Source: Oscillospiraceae bacterium (lineage in GTDB: Bacteria; Bacillota; Clostridia; Oscillospirales; CAG-272). From it: 64,000 bases of DNA. The stretch spans positions 21,930 through 85,929 of the forward strand of contig SVQX01000003.1 in assembly GCA_015065065.1 (NCBI GenBank), given 5' to 3'. The notes under the pieces were generated by a model. It made no database searches. It had not been told where the DNA came from and was given only the letters and a program-made list of their open reading frames with translations. The translations under genes and the position numbers were made by a program. Below, piece by piece: positions 52,908 through 61,515 of the stretch (the stretch's first letter is position 1; every line of letters starts with the position of its first letter).

Positions 52908-53888
52908 TCATATCTGCCAGCCCGCATCGTTAACGATACGGAGGAGTGTTGACTCGCAGCGGGCGCGGAGCTTCTGACCGCTGCCGCTCTCTGCGGCGTC
53001 CATAGCCTTAATTTCTGCATTTATATCCGCAATGGCGCGGCGTATAGCTTCAAGGCTATAGGATACCTTCGCCGCGTGAGGATCGGCGGCAAGCGTCGCC
53101 TGACGGAGCTTCAAGGCGGCGGTGCGCTCCTGCTCTGCCATCTGCTCGCGGAGCTTGTCAAGCTCCCCTGCCGACTCCTTCTGCGCCTTTTGAAGTGCCT
53201 TGGCGTGCTTTTCGTTGAGCTTGTCCACCTCGGCACGGTGAGAAGCCGCAAGCGCCTCCTCCGCCTCTGCGCGTATGGCGTTGATCTGCTCGTCGGAGGG
53301 CTGATTTACTACCACCGTAACCTCCTGCGGCGCGGCGGCGGGCAGAGCACGAAGCTGCTCCAGCTCGTAATAGCTATCCTGCGCAGCCTTTTTAGCACAA
53401 GCCAGCTCGCGGTCGCGCTCCTCAAGCTGCTCCTTAAGATATTTACGATCCTCCGCCACGTCCTGCAAAGCGTCAAGCTCCTCACGTTGGGACTTGATAA
53501 GCTCGCGCATATCGCGGATGGACATATCCCCGCTCTCAAGCTGTTCACGGTGCTCCTCTACAAACTCCGCGCGTTGCGGCTTGGGGAGTGCAAAAAGCTC
53601 CACAAGCTGGGACTGCGAGAGTCCCTCAAAGATTTCCGCATCCGATCTGCCCGTCAGCATATCTATCTGCTCCGAGCCGTACTCTCTGTATATTCGCATA
53701 AGATTTCCCGCAGTGCTCTCGGAATACTCGAAGTTATCCTCAAGCCAAGTGCCCCACTCACCGTGAGGCACAAGCGCCTTTGCCTCCTCCAGCCGTTTTC
53801 CTATCTCAAAGCATGAGCGCTTTGCCATCGAAAAAGCGGCATTCAGTATTCCCGCCGTCTGAGATCTTATGGCGTTTATCTCCTCCAC
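52908..53888 (-). CDS. DUF3102-family protein
   Basis: EIGKRLEEAKALVPHGEWGTWLEDNFEYSESTAGNLMRIY, followed by a long coiled coil. Confidence 0.7.
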   Translation of the reverse strand: MEEINAIRSQTAGILNAAFSMAKRSCFEIGKRLEEAKALVPHGEWGTWLEDNFEYSESTAGNLMRIYREYGSEQIDMLTGRSDAEIFEGLSQSQLVELFALPKPQRAEFVEEHREQLESGDMSIRDMRELIKSQREELDALQDVAEDRKYLKEQLEERDRELACAKKAAQDSYYELEQLRALPAAAPQEVTVVVNQPSDEQINAIRAEAEEALAASHRAEVDKLNEKHAKALQKAQKESAGELDKLREQMAEQERTAALKLRQATLAADPHAAKVSYSLEAIRRAIADINAEIKAMDAAESGSGQKLRARCESTLLRIVNDAGWQI

Positions 53889-53956
53889 AATAACTATTGG
53901 TGTCCTTGTAATTTTATTGTCCGTGACTATTATACCTCTTTTCTGTTTGAAATTTG

Positions 53957-56083
53957 TCAGACCGCCGCCTGCTCATTGTATTCCTTAAAGTCCGCCTCAA
54001 GGATCTCCACGAGCAAGCGTCCCGCAAACCGACCGTTGCGGATGATATTTCCGTTACGGCGCAGTTCCTCGAATTCCGCAATACGCCGCTCGCGACTGAC
54101 CTCTGCCGCTTCAAGCTCTCGCTCGCCATCGCTATTTGATTTGAGCCGCTTAAATATCTCCTTTTGCCAACGTCCGAGCGCCTCCTTCGCCTCCGGACGG
54201 TCAGATCCCTCATCATCACCAAAGGTGCGGAGCTGACGTACCTTGCCGCCCGGCTCCACCTCCATGGTGTACCACGGCGCGTCCGCATCCGAGCACTTGC
54301 GGAGAAACATTATGTAAGACTCCCCCTCGGCAATACGGTCAAAATATCTGTCCGTGCTGCCCACACAATGACGGAGCAGCCGTCCCTCGCGGATGATATC
54401 CGCAGCCCCCGCAGGCACGATAACACGGTATTTTTCATCCGTCCACTCGTAAAGAGGACGTATGCGATCACACACGCCAACCACCGCAGGATACTGCGCC
54501 TCGATGCGCTCGCGCTCCAGCTCGTCCGCCTTGGCGCTGATGATCTCCGCAAGCTCGTCGTGGCGCGCTTTTAAGTGCTTCGGGCGGAATATCATATCCT
54601 TCTTCGTGTCAAGCTTCAGCCGCTTGGCCATACCGAGATAATCCTTCCAGGACTCAATAACGCTGCTTGTCTTGCGCTTGTATTCCTTGACCTGCGCGCG
54701 CAGATAGTTTCCCACCTTAACAGCACTCATTCGCTCAAGTGCAAAATTCAGATCCGACGGCTTTTCTATATTGTCCCCAAGCCAGCACAAAAGCTCCTCG
54801 GGGATCTTCTCCTCCGTTTCTGCCTCGTAACGAAGCCAGCGCAAATATCCAATACCCCCGTCAGCCCGACGGAGTCGCGCTACACGCTGACCGTCAAGCA
54901 TCAACGTCTCTTTAACGTCGCGCCCCACCTCGCAGATGCATCCTGCATAAAGCCCAACGTGACAACGGTCGGAGATCTCACCTACAAGACGCTCAAAGCC
55001 GCCCTTTATCAGATACTCAGTCTGTCCGTAACGCCAAGCCATCATAAGACGGTTGTAGGATAACCGCCAGCCCCGAGCCGCCGCCACGTCAAGTCCAAGG
55101 TGCTCGTAGACCGTGTTTGCAAGAGCATCCTTTACAGTGTAAGGGTAACAGTACTCACGCCGCGGCGTATAGTTTGCCTTGTTGCGATCGTCCCACCAAG
55201 TGCCGCCGAAAAAGCCGCCGCATAGGTGGTAATACCATTTGTAAGCAGAAGTGCGCCCATCCTTCGGCAGCACCACTACCATGTTGTCACCCCAATTAGA
55301 GCGCATCCCATCCTTTGCAGACCAGTCAAACCATACGGAAATATGCCGTGCCACTGCCTCCTTGCCGTCCGGCATACTCTGAAGCAGCATTACCGTCTCG
55401 TGTCTTTCCACCAATTCCCTGCTCTTTTCCACCTTCACACGCGCGCCCGTGATCGGACACTCGGTGCGCTGTCTGTCCTTGAGTCCCTTGATAATGTGCT
55501 TTGAGCCGCAGGACGTGCAAAAATATACGTCCTCCCCTGCCTTGCCGAACATATAGTGCATACCACCCATAACCACCTCATGACACCATTTTTCAAAGTC
55601 CTCCGGCTCATCGGGAATAGTATCAATGTAATTTTGTATTCGACGCATCTTGCGCTCCGCTGCCGACGTTCTGCGGTTCTCGTTGTACTGTGACTCTATT
55701 TCTCGCAATCGGCGGATAATGTTGGGCTTGCAGCTTACGTACCGATTATGCTCATCAAGCAGCTCCTCACCTGTTCGCTCGTCCTCAGCCGTGGCCCAGC
55801 GTATCTTCTTGTCCGCGTGTGCCTCCGCCTGATACCAATATGTACTCCACTCAAATATACTGTAAATGCCACCGGAGCACCATACGCTACCCTCGCGCCG
55901 CGAGCAGTACCGCCCGTCGGGATTAAGCACGTAAACGCCCATTTGTTTTTTGTCCTTGTATACGCCGAGGATAAGCCGCCCGTCATTCTCAAGCGCGCGG
56001 AATACCATACCGCCGCGCCGAGGAATCGGACAGCCCGCGTACCACTCGTCAATCTGTGCCCGAGTCAATCGTTTCGTGCTCAC
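53957..56083 (-). CDS. PcfJ-like protein
   Basis: C-terminal EGRLLRHCVGSTDRYFDRIAEGESYIMFLRK...PWYTMEVEPGGKVRQLRTFGDD. Confidence 0.7.
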   Translation of the reverse strand: MSTKRLTRAQIDEWYAGCPIPRRGGMVFRALENDGRLILGVYKDKKQMGVYVLNPDGRYCSRREGSVWCSGGIYSIFEWSTYWYQAEAHADKKIRWATAEDERTGEELLDEHNRYVSCKPNIIRRLREIESQYNENRRTSAAERKMRRIQNYIDTIPDEPEDFEKWCHEVVMGGMHYMFGKAGEDVYFCTSCGSKHIIKGLKDRQRTECPITGARVKVEKSRELVERHETVMLLQSMPDGKEAVARHISVWFDWSAKDGMRSNWGDNMVVVLPKDGRTSAYKWYYHLCGGFFGGTWWDDRNKANYTPRREYCYPYTVKDALANTVYEHLGLDVAAARGWRLSYNRLMMAWRYGQTEYLIKGGFERLVGEISDRCHVGLYAGCICEVGRDVKETLMLDGQRVARLRRADGGIGYLRWLRYEAETEEKIPEELLCWLGDNIEKPSDLNFALERMSAVKVGNYLRAQVKEYKRKTSSVIESWKDYLGMAKRLKLDTKKDMIFRPKHLKARHDELAEIISAKADELERERIEAQYPAVVGVCDRIRPLYEWTDEKYRVIVPAGAADIIREGRLLRHCVGSTDRYFDRIAEGESYIMFLRKCSDADAPWYTMEVEPGGKVRQLRTFGDDEGSDRPEAKEALGRWQKEIFKRLKSNSDGERELEAAEVSRERRIAEFEELRRNGNIIRNGRFAGRLLVEILEADFKEYNEQAAV

Positions 56084-56624
56084 CGACCTTTACCTCCTCG
56101 CCGTTAAAGTTGTACCATTTTCCTTTTCTTACTGTGTCCTCGCAAAGTATAGACAAGCCCCACGGCTCGCCCTCCTTCCCCTTTTTTACAAGACAAAGGA
56201 TATCCCCGTCGCGCTCCGCCTGCGCCTTCGGATCATAGCCCACCACAACGGCAAAACCGTTTGAGCTTGACCGCCCGTGATTTTTGAAAACACAGGATGC
56301 AAGCGGACGCAAAGGGTGCTCGACAATGTACCTGCCAGCCTCATAAACAAACGCAAGCTTTCCCAGACGTCTGAGAATTTCAAGGCGGGTGCAGGATATT
56401 TTGGAGTCCGTTCCGTCCTCGTGGATGTCACCGTCTGCATAGCAGAGCCAACATTCGCTTGAGTCAAAGTCGGGATAATACGAAAGACAGTCAAGCGGAT
56501 TTTCCACCGCGTGAAAGCCCTCGCGCACGCAGGTGGCGTGCTCGCATTCATTTACTCCTACCTTGAATTGATAATCACGGCACACAAGCCCGGGCTTGAA
56601 CATTTTAAAAACGTACATTCCCAT
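56049..56624 (-). CDS. phage hypothetical protein (191 aa)
   Basis: ORF in operon register. Its 3' end overlaps the PcfJ-like start by 35 nt. Confidence 0.5.
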   Translation of the reverse strand: MGMYVFKMFKPGLVCRDYQFKVGVNECEHATCVREGFHAVENPLDCLSYYPDFDSSECWLCYADGDIHEDGTDSKISCTRLEILRRLGKLAFVYEAGRYIVEHPLRPLASCVFKNHGRSSSNGFAVVVGYDPKAQAERDGDILCLVKKGKEGEPWGLSILCEDTVRKGKWYNFNGEEVKVGEHETIDSGTD

Positions 56625-56627
56625 AGC

Positions 56628-57080
56628 TTACGCTTTCTCCGCCCCAAAAAGGTCAAGAATAATGGCACCGCCCGAGGGCTCTGCTAAACTGTCAGGCTCG
56701 CTAAGACAAAGCAGATCGTCGTCCCTCTCCTCGGGCAGCTCCACGCGGAAGCTTGCCTGCACCCGCGCCGCGGGAAGATAAAACTTCACCGCCATTATGT
56801 AAGCCTCAAGATCGGATATCATAGGACTGTCCTTTGTCTCCTTTTTGAGGATGCCGTCAAGGCACTCGTAAAGAGTCCCCTTAGAGCTTATAACCCCTTG
56901 GGCAAATTCCTCGTTCTGATAGCAAAAGCGTGTCAGCATTGCCGCTATAGGCTCCGCAAGACAGCGCATAGCTATATCCGTAAAGGACGTGCCCTTGCGC
57001 TTGTCCAGCACCGCCTGTTTCTCTGCCGCCAGCTTGTCCGCTGCGCGGTCGCTTACGTTGATCTCGTCTAATGTTCCCAT
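56628..57080 (-). CDS. PcfK-like protein (the family that includes anti-CRISPR AcrIIA9)
   Basis: Small acidic protein paired with a PcfJ-like gene. The overall pattern matches PcfK as I remember it. Assignment is tentative. Confidence 0.5.
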   Translation of the reverse strand: MGTLDEINVSDRAADKLAAEKQAVLDKRKGTSFTDIAMRCLAEPIAAMLTRFCYQNEEFAQGVISSKGTLYECLDGILKKETKDSPMISDLEAYIMAVKFYLPAARVQASFRVELPEERDDDLLCLSEPDSLAEPSGGAIILDLFGAEKA

Positions 57081-57103
57081 AGTTCCCTCTCCTTTATATA
57101 AAA

Positions 57104-57343
57104 TTATTTAATTCCTTTCTTTACGTCTCTGAATACAACGTACTTGCACTTTGGAAGCTTGTAGTCACTGTATCGAGCGATCTTGTGCAGATACACCCAA
57201 AATACCTCTTTTCTATAATCGGGATATCCCTTCATATAACACTGCAATATTCCGTCGACATAATACGCGAGTATGTAATATCCGTTCTCGTACCCCTGCT
57301 CAACCCACTTAATAACCGGCTGTGCCATATATCCGCTCCTCAA
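57104..57343 (-). CDS. phage hypothetical protein (79 aa)
   Basis: ORF in operon register. Confidence 0.45.
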   Translation of the reverse strand: MRSGYMAQPVIKWVEQGYENGYYILAYYVDGILQCYMKGYPDYRKEVFWVYLHKIARYSDYKLPKCKYVVFRDVKKGIK

Positions 57344-57593
57344 CCGCGACCATAGCGTATTTCTTGCTGATAAGGTCGGAGAGCTTCACGTTAAATAAGC
57401 ACGCCGCCCGCGTCAGATCCTCAAGAGTAAAATTCTCCGGATGAGCAAGACGGGCGTAATAGGTCGCAGGGCTCATCCCCAAGTATTTCGCCACGTCCCG
57501 CACCTTCTTGTTGCGCTGAACGGTCAGCTGCCTTATGTTGTCCGCCACGCGGACGTAGTTTTCCTGTACCTTCGACTTTGCCATCCTTGCCAT
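57309..57593 (-). CDS. HTH (XRE-like) DNA-binding protein
   Basis: ATG 57593 follows AAAGGAG. HTH VRDVAKYLGMSPATYYARL. Confidence 0.6.
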   Translation of the reverse strand: MARMAKSKVQENYVRVADNIRQLTVQRNKKVRDVAKYLGMSPATYYARLAHPENFTLEDLTRAACLFNVKLSDLISKKYAMVAVEERIYGTAGY

Positions 57594-57631
57594 AAGCCGC
57601 ACTCCTTTCCTCACTTATTACTTCTTTCCTC

Positions 57632-57751
57632 TTATTTCTTTCCTTGAATGATCCCGTCCGCTTCTGCTTCGCGCGCGATCGCTCCAACGCCCGTGAATAT
57701 AAACACAAGCCAATCCGTGAGCCTTGTAAAAAACGTCCTACTTTTTTTCAT
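57632..57751 (-). CDS. 39-aa membrane micro-ORF (not in the ORF track)
   Basis: GGAGGT RBS, then MKKSRTFFTRLTDWLVFIFTGVGAIAREAEADGIIQGKK. Confidence 0.35.
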   Translation of the reverse strand: MKKSRTFFTRLTDWLVFIFTGVGAIAREAEADGIIQGKK

Positions 57752-57764
57752 GTATGTACCTCCG

Positions 57765-58019
57765 TTACTTTAAGAGCTCCTGCTCCGTCGCAGCCCTGAG
57801 TGATATCGCCTCAAACTCCGGCTTTCCGCTCGCCGCCATGCATTCAAAGGTGTCAGGACACTCCATTGTGCCGCGTTTTTTGCAAATACGGCAGGCGCGC
57901 TCGTAAACCAAGCGCCGATATCTTTTCCTTTTCTGCCGCGTCGTTATTCCGTCAATCAGCAACGCCACCGCTCCCAGCACCGCAAAAGCAGCCGCTATGT
58001 AAATAAGCTCAGGCAACAT
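57765..58019 (-). CDS. small TM plus Cys-rich protein
   Basis: ATG 58019 (MLPELIYIAAAFAVLGAVALL), CRICKK...C...C. Confidence 0.45.
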   Translation of the reverse strand: MLPELIYIAAAFAVLGAVALLIDGITTRQKRKRYRRLVYERACRICKKRGTMECPDTFECMAASGKPEFEAISLRAATEQELLK

Positions 58020-58033
58020 TACCTTCCCCTTCC

Positions 58034-58366
58034 TCACATTCCGATTTTTTTCGTAATAGGATTATAGAATCCCACAAACTCACCGTCCGAGAATATAGCG
58101 ATACGGTTGTCCGCAGGCAGTACCACCTGTATCTTGCCCCACAGACCGCTATCCGAGATCTCCCGCTCCACCGCCGCGCGCTGACCGTTAAGCAGTCTCA
58201 ACGTGTACTCGTCGATCTTACCGCGTAATACGGTGGCTGCCGTGCCCTTGTTAAGGGGATTGAGCGCCGTCGAAAGCTGCGTCGCGCTGCATCCAATCCC
58301 CGCCGCTACCTCAGCACTTGAAAGCCCCAGCGCCGCAATTCTGATGTTGTACTCCTGTTTTGTCAT
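58034..58366 (-). CDS. Cro/antirepressor-like HTH protein; first gene of the leftward early operon
   Basis: LGLSSAEVAAGIGCSATQLSTAL. Confidence 0.55.
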   Translation of the reverse strand: MTKQEYNIRIAALGLSSAEVAAGIGCSATQLSTALNPLNKGTAATVLRGKIDEYTLRLLNGQRAAVEREISDSGLWGKIQVVLPADNRIAIFSDGEFVGFYNPITKKIGM

Positions 58367-58381
58367 TTTTTGTCTCCTTTC

Positions 58382-58410
58382 TTGACAAACCTATATTTTT
58401 GTGTTAGAAT
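58382..58410 (+). promoter_or_regulatory. near-consensus promoter pointing rightward, away from the cro-like gene
   Basis: TTGACA, a 17-nt spacer ending in TGT, then TAGAAT. Confidence 0.55.
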
Positions 58411-58535
58411 AAATTAAATAACCTAAATTTCGATTTTCTCCGCACCCTGCGGGGCTTTTTCCGCGCCTAATCGGAAATAACTTTTTGCGGGATTTCCTTC
58501 CCTTTCCCTACATTAAATATTTTTGGAGTTTTAAA

Positions 58536-58895
58536 ATGACCGATTTAAAATACACTATCCTCGAGAAATTTTACAATACCGAGTCTCGCGCCATCAATTA
58601 CTACGAGTTGATCAATCAATTTATCGGTCAAACAACTATCGCGACGTATGCCGTGGAAGAACTGAAAAATAACCGACTCATTCGCCAAAGCAATATTGCC
58701 GATAAATTGGAGTTAACGCCCGTCGGCGCCGAGCTATACGAAGCGGTGAAAGAAGAACGCCAAAAAGCAGCAAACGCAGATAAGCAGCGAGAGCGGGAAT
58801 ACAAAATCGCGAAGTTTGCCCTTTTGGTTGCTCTCATCCCGGCTATAATAGGAGTTTTTGATTTCATTCTCAAGGTGATTGATTTTTTCTGTTAA
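58536..58895 (+). CDS. winged-helix-like protein with a C-terminal TM anchor (119 aa)
   Basis: ATG 58536. C-terminus KFALLVALIPAIIGVFDFILKVIDFFC. Confidence 0.5.
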   Translation: MTDLKYTILEKFYNTESRAINYYELINQFIGQTTIATYAVEELKNNRLIRQSNIADKLELTPVGAELYEAVKEERQKAANADKQREREYKIAKFALLVALIPAIIGVFDFILKVIDFFC

Positions 58896-59231
58896 TGTTT
58901 CGAGTATTTGTCTTTCCTTAAATCCGTCATACCAATCCTCAAATTGTTGCTCCGTCCACCCTTGTTGTAGATGTTCACGGCGTGACAAGGCTTTAAAACC
59001 TATCTTTTGCCTTATGTGACTCAGTACACTGCACTCGGCTTCAAACCTCTGTCTGTCCGTCATGCTCTCCCAGCCATCGGGGGCTTCAAGCATCTCCTCC
59101 GGCCACGGAGTATCCGGCAAATTAAGTCTGTCGTATAGCTCCGGTAATTTTTCATACGGCAGCTGGTCTACCTTCTCGAAGGTATGTATCACAGCCCATT
59201 CCTGTTCGGGCGTCAGCGTTTGTTTTCCCAT
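58734..59231 (-). CDS. paralogue A of the duplicated MGKQTLTPEQEW gene (extent uncertain)
   Basis: The first 65 aa are about 90 percent identical to 60065..60262. The 3' 160 nt overlap the convergent ORF 58536..58895, so the real stop may differ. Confidence 0.4.
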   Translation of the reverse strand: MGKQTLTPEQEWAVIHTFEKVDQLPYEKLPELYDRLNLPDTPWPEEMLEAPDGWESMTDRQRFEAECSVLSHIRQKIGFKALSRREHLQQGWTEQQFEDWYDGFKERQILETLTEKINHLENEIKNSYYSRDESNQKGKLRDFVFPLSLLICVCCFLAFFFHRFV

Positions 59232-59280
59232 TTTCTCTCCCTTTCCCTACATTAAATTTTCGGAGGTGTCTCAATCAATT

Positions 59281-59754
59281 ATGAATTCCAATGTTGACAA
59301 CGCCTATGTAATAGCCGCAATAGCACTGCTTTCCACTATTATCGGACCTATACTCACCGCAACTATAACAGCCATACATGAATCAATGATGTACAAGAAA
59401 CGTTTCCATATTGAGCACAAGTTTGAAGCTATCGAGCGTTATTTACATGCCGCCGGAAGATACGCATTTTGTTTAGATTATGACGACTTAAAAGATTGGG
59501 GCGATGCGGTCTCCGAAATCTTTATGTATACACCTCCGGAATTTTGGGAAGATATACAAAATTTAAACACGCTCATAAACGCAAAATCGAACGCAACTAC
59601 TTATGCCTCAAAGGAAGAGTACACTCCTCAGATCCGCGAGGCTTATCTTGATTTGTGTGAAAGGCTCGCAGACCTTAACCGATCAGGCCAAAAACACAAT
59701 AAGCGTAAATGCCAAAAGCCAAATAAACGAGTAGATAACAACAACGCAGAATGA
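59281..59754 (+). CDS. N-terminally TM-anchored protein (157 aa)
   Basis: GGAGGTG RBS, then MNSNVDNAYVIAAIALLSTIIGPILTATI. Confidence 0.5.
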   Translation: MNSNVDNAYVIAAIALLSTIIGPILTATITAIHESMMYKKRFHIEHKFEAIERYLHAAGRYAFCLDYDDLKDWGDAVSEIFMYTPPEFWEDIQNLNTLINAKSNATTYASKEEYTPQIREAYLDLCERLADLNRSGQKHNKRKCQKPNKRVDNNNAE

Positions 59755-60054
59755 AAACCAGTCCCCGCAATAATCGTCCGCCCAATACTTGGCGATAGCA
59801 AATATTACCGATAGCATGATTGTAACAATAAATATAAACGCATTCCCAATCAGCACCGTCCACAGAGTAGTTTCCGCAAGTAGCTGTGCAAACACCGCCG
59901 CTCCGATAAATCCCATTGTCGGCATTACAGTAGCCAACACAGTCGCTCCGTAGCTCCTTTGTTCTTGATACTGCCAAACGCAGAGCCACATATACCCTAC
60001 TAAAGCCCAGCACCCTGTCGCTGCAAGCATAAAATATAATATCAGGTAGAGCAT
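59683..60054 (-). CDS. four-TM membrane protein (123 aa)
   Basis: ATG 60054 follows GAGGAAG. Lies immediately downstream of the 65-aa gene. Confidence 0.5.
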   Translation of the reverse strand: MLYLILYFMLAATGCWALVGYMWLCVWQYQEQRSYGATVLATVMPTMGFIGAAVFAQLLAETTLWTVLIGNAFIFIVTIMLSVIFAIAKYWADDYCGDWFSFCVVVIYSFIWLLAFTLIVFLA

Positions 60055-60064
60055 TCTATCTTCC

Positions 60065-60262
60065 TCATTCAAAGAACCTTTGCCGCTCCGACATACTATC
60101 CCAGCCGTCAGGTGCTTCAAGCATCTCCTCCGGCCACGGAGTATCCGGCGAATTCAGTCTGTCGTATAGCTCCGGTAATATTTCATACGGCAGCTTGTCT
60201 ACCTTCTCGAAGGTATGTATCACAGCCCATTCCTGATCCGGCGTCAGCGTTTGTTTTCCCAT
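60065..60262 (-). CDS. paralogue B of the duplicated gene (65 aa)
   Basis: MGKQTLTPDQEWAVIHTFEKVDKLPYEILPELYDRL. Confidence 0.55.
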   Translation of the reverse strand: MGKQTLTPDQEWAVIHTFEKVDKLPYEILPELYDRLNSPDTPWPEEMLEAPDGWDSMSERQRFFE

Positions 60263-60522
60263 TTTCTCTCCCTTTCCCTACATTAAATATAGCAACAACT
60301 TTTTCCCGCCTTGGCGTAACTCCAACCGCGCGCGGTAGTGCAAAACCGGGCGCGGTGGGAGAGAAACCAGCCAAGGGCAGTTATACGGGGAAAACGGCTC
60401 GGCGGGAGCGAGCCGCAGGCGATCATCGCGCTGCAGTCCTCCGCGCACCCGCGCGGCAAGCCCTCTCAGTGCTCTCGTGTACAATGCACTCGGACCTCGC
60501 TCGGTGGGTACGTATACATTGT

Positions 60523-60605
60523 AAATCTAAAAATAGATTTTGTCAATAGAAAAAATCTATTTTTAGAGTTTTCTACCTTTTGCCTAAAATCTAAATTTAG
60601 AATTT
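60523..60605. promoter_or_regulatory. operator triad upstream of the cI-like gene
   Basis: Three TCTA-N4-TAGA palindromes at 60526-60537, 60556-60567 and 60590-60601. Confidence 0.65.
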
Positions 60606-60630
60606 GTTAAAAACAAACAAGGAGGTTTTT

Positions 60631-61500
60631 ATGTTTTACACCAACCTGCAAAAAATATGCAAAGAGCGCGGCACAACGCCAACAGCCGTGGCCAAAGCCA
60701 TAGGTATCAGCACATCTATGACTGCCAATTGGAAGAAAGGCGGTATGCCGCGTGGCGACACCCTGCAAAAGCTCGCCTCTTATTTCGGCGTAACCACCGA
60801 CTACCTACTCGGTTCCGAGTTGACAACCATTGCTTTTGCAGAACCTAATGAACTTAACGGATACACTATGTTCAAACAAAATTTCATTCGACTGTGTAAT
60901 CAAAAAGGCGAATCCCCTTCGGCTGTATGCATTAAGGTAGGCATAACCCCTGCCACTTTTTCCTGCTGGACGGACGAGTCCGTTCCGCGTAAAGCAACCC
61001 TTATGAGAATAGCCGACTATTTCGGCGTATCTGTTAACTACCTGCTCGGCACCGAAAAAGAAAACGCGCCCGGCATAAAACCGAACGCAATATTTTTGGA
61101 GGAAAAGAATGTCCACCTCATCCCCGTGTACGAAACTGTGTCCGCAGGCTTCGGTGCTTTGGCGGATAACAGCATAATTGATTATACCCCCCTCTATTTC
61201 ACAAGCGCGGCAGAGGCGGCGGAGACCATCTGCATAAAGGTCAAGGGAGACAGCATGTACCCCAAGATCGAGGAAGGCGACGTAATACAGGTGCATAAAA
61301 CGGATAGCGTTGACAGCGGCACTATTGCCGTCGTGCTGCTTGACGGCGACGAGGGACTTGTCAAGCGCGTGGAGTACGGCGAAAGCTTTATCGAGCTGCA
61401 GTCCATAAATCCTATGTACCCGCCCATGCGCTTTGAGGGAGCCGATACGCTCCGCATCCGCATCCTCGGCGCGGTAAAGAAAATTATCAAGAGTATCTAA
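60631..61500 (+). CDS. cI/LexA-like repressor with two tandem HTH domains and an S24 peptidase domain
   Basis: ATG 60631 follows GGAGG. HTH 1 TAVAKAIGISTSMTANW and HTH 2 SAVCIKVGITPATFSCW. Motifs VKGDSMYP and LVKRV (Ser/Lys dyad). Confidence 0.8.
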   Translation: MFYTNLQKICKERGTTPTAVAKAIGISTSMTANWKKGGMPRGDTLQKLASYFGVTTDYLLGSELTTIAFAEPNELNGYTMFKQNFIRLCNQKGESPSAVCIKVGITPATFSCWTDESVPRKATLMRIADYFGVSVNYLLGTEKENAPGIKPNAIFLEEKNVHLIPVYETVSAGFGALADNSIIDYTPLYFTSAAEAAETICIKVKGDSMYPKIEEGDVIQVHKTDSVDSGTIAVVLLDGDEGLVKRVEYGESFIELQSINPMYPPMRFEGADTLRIRILGAVKKIIKSI

Positions 61501-61515
61501 TCAGGGAGATCAACT

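Noticed and set aside
53076-53816. 246-aa plus-strand ORF
   Set aside because: It is antisense to the DUF3102 gene. The Leu/Arg-rich product is the mirror of a coiled-coil coding region.
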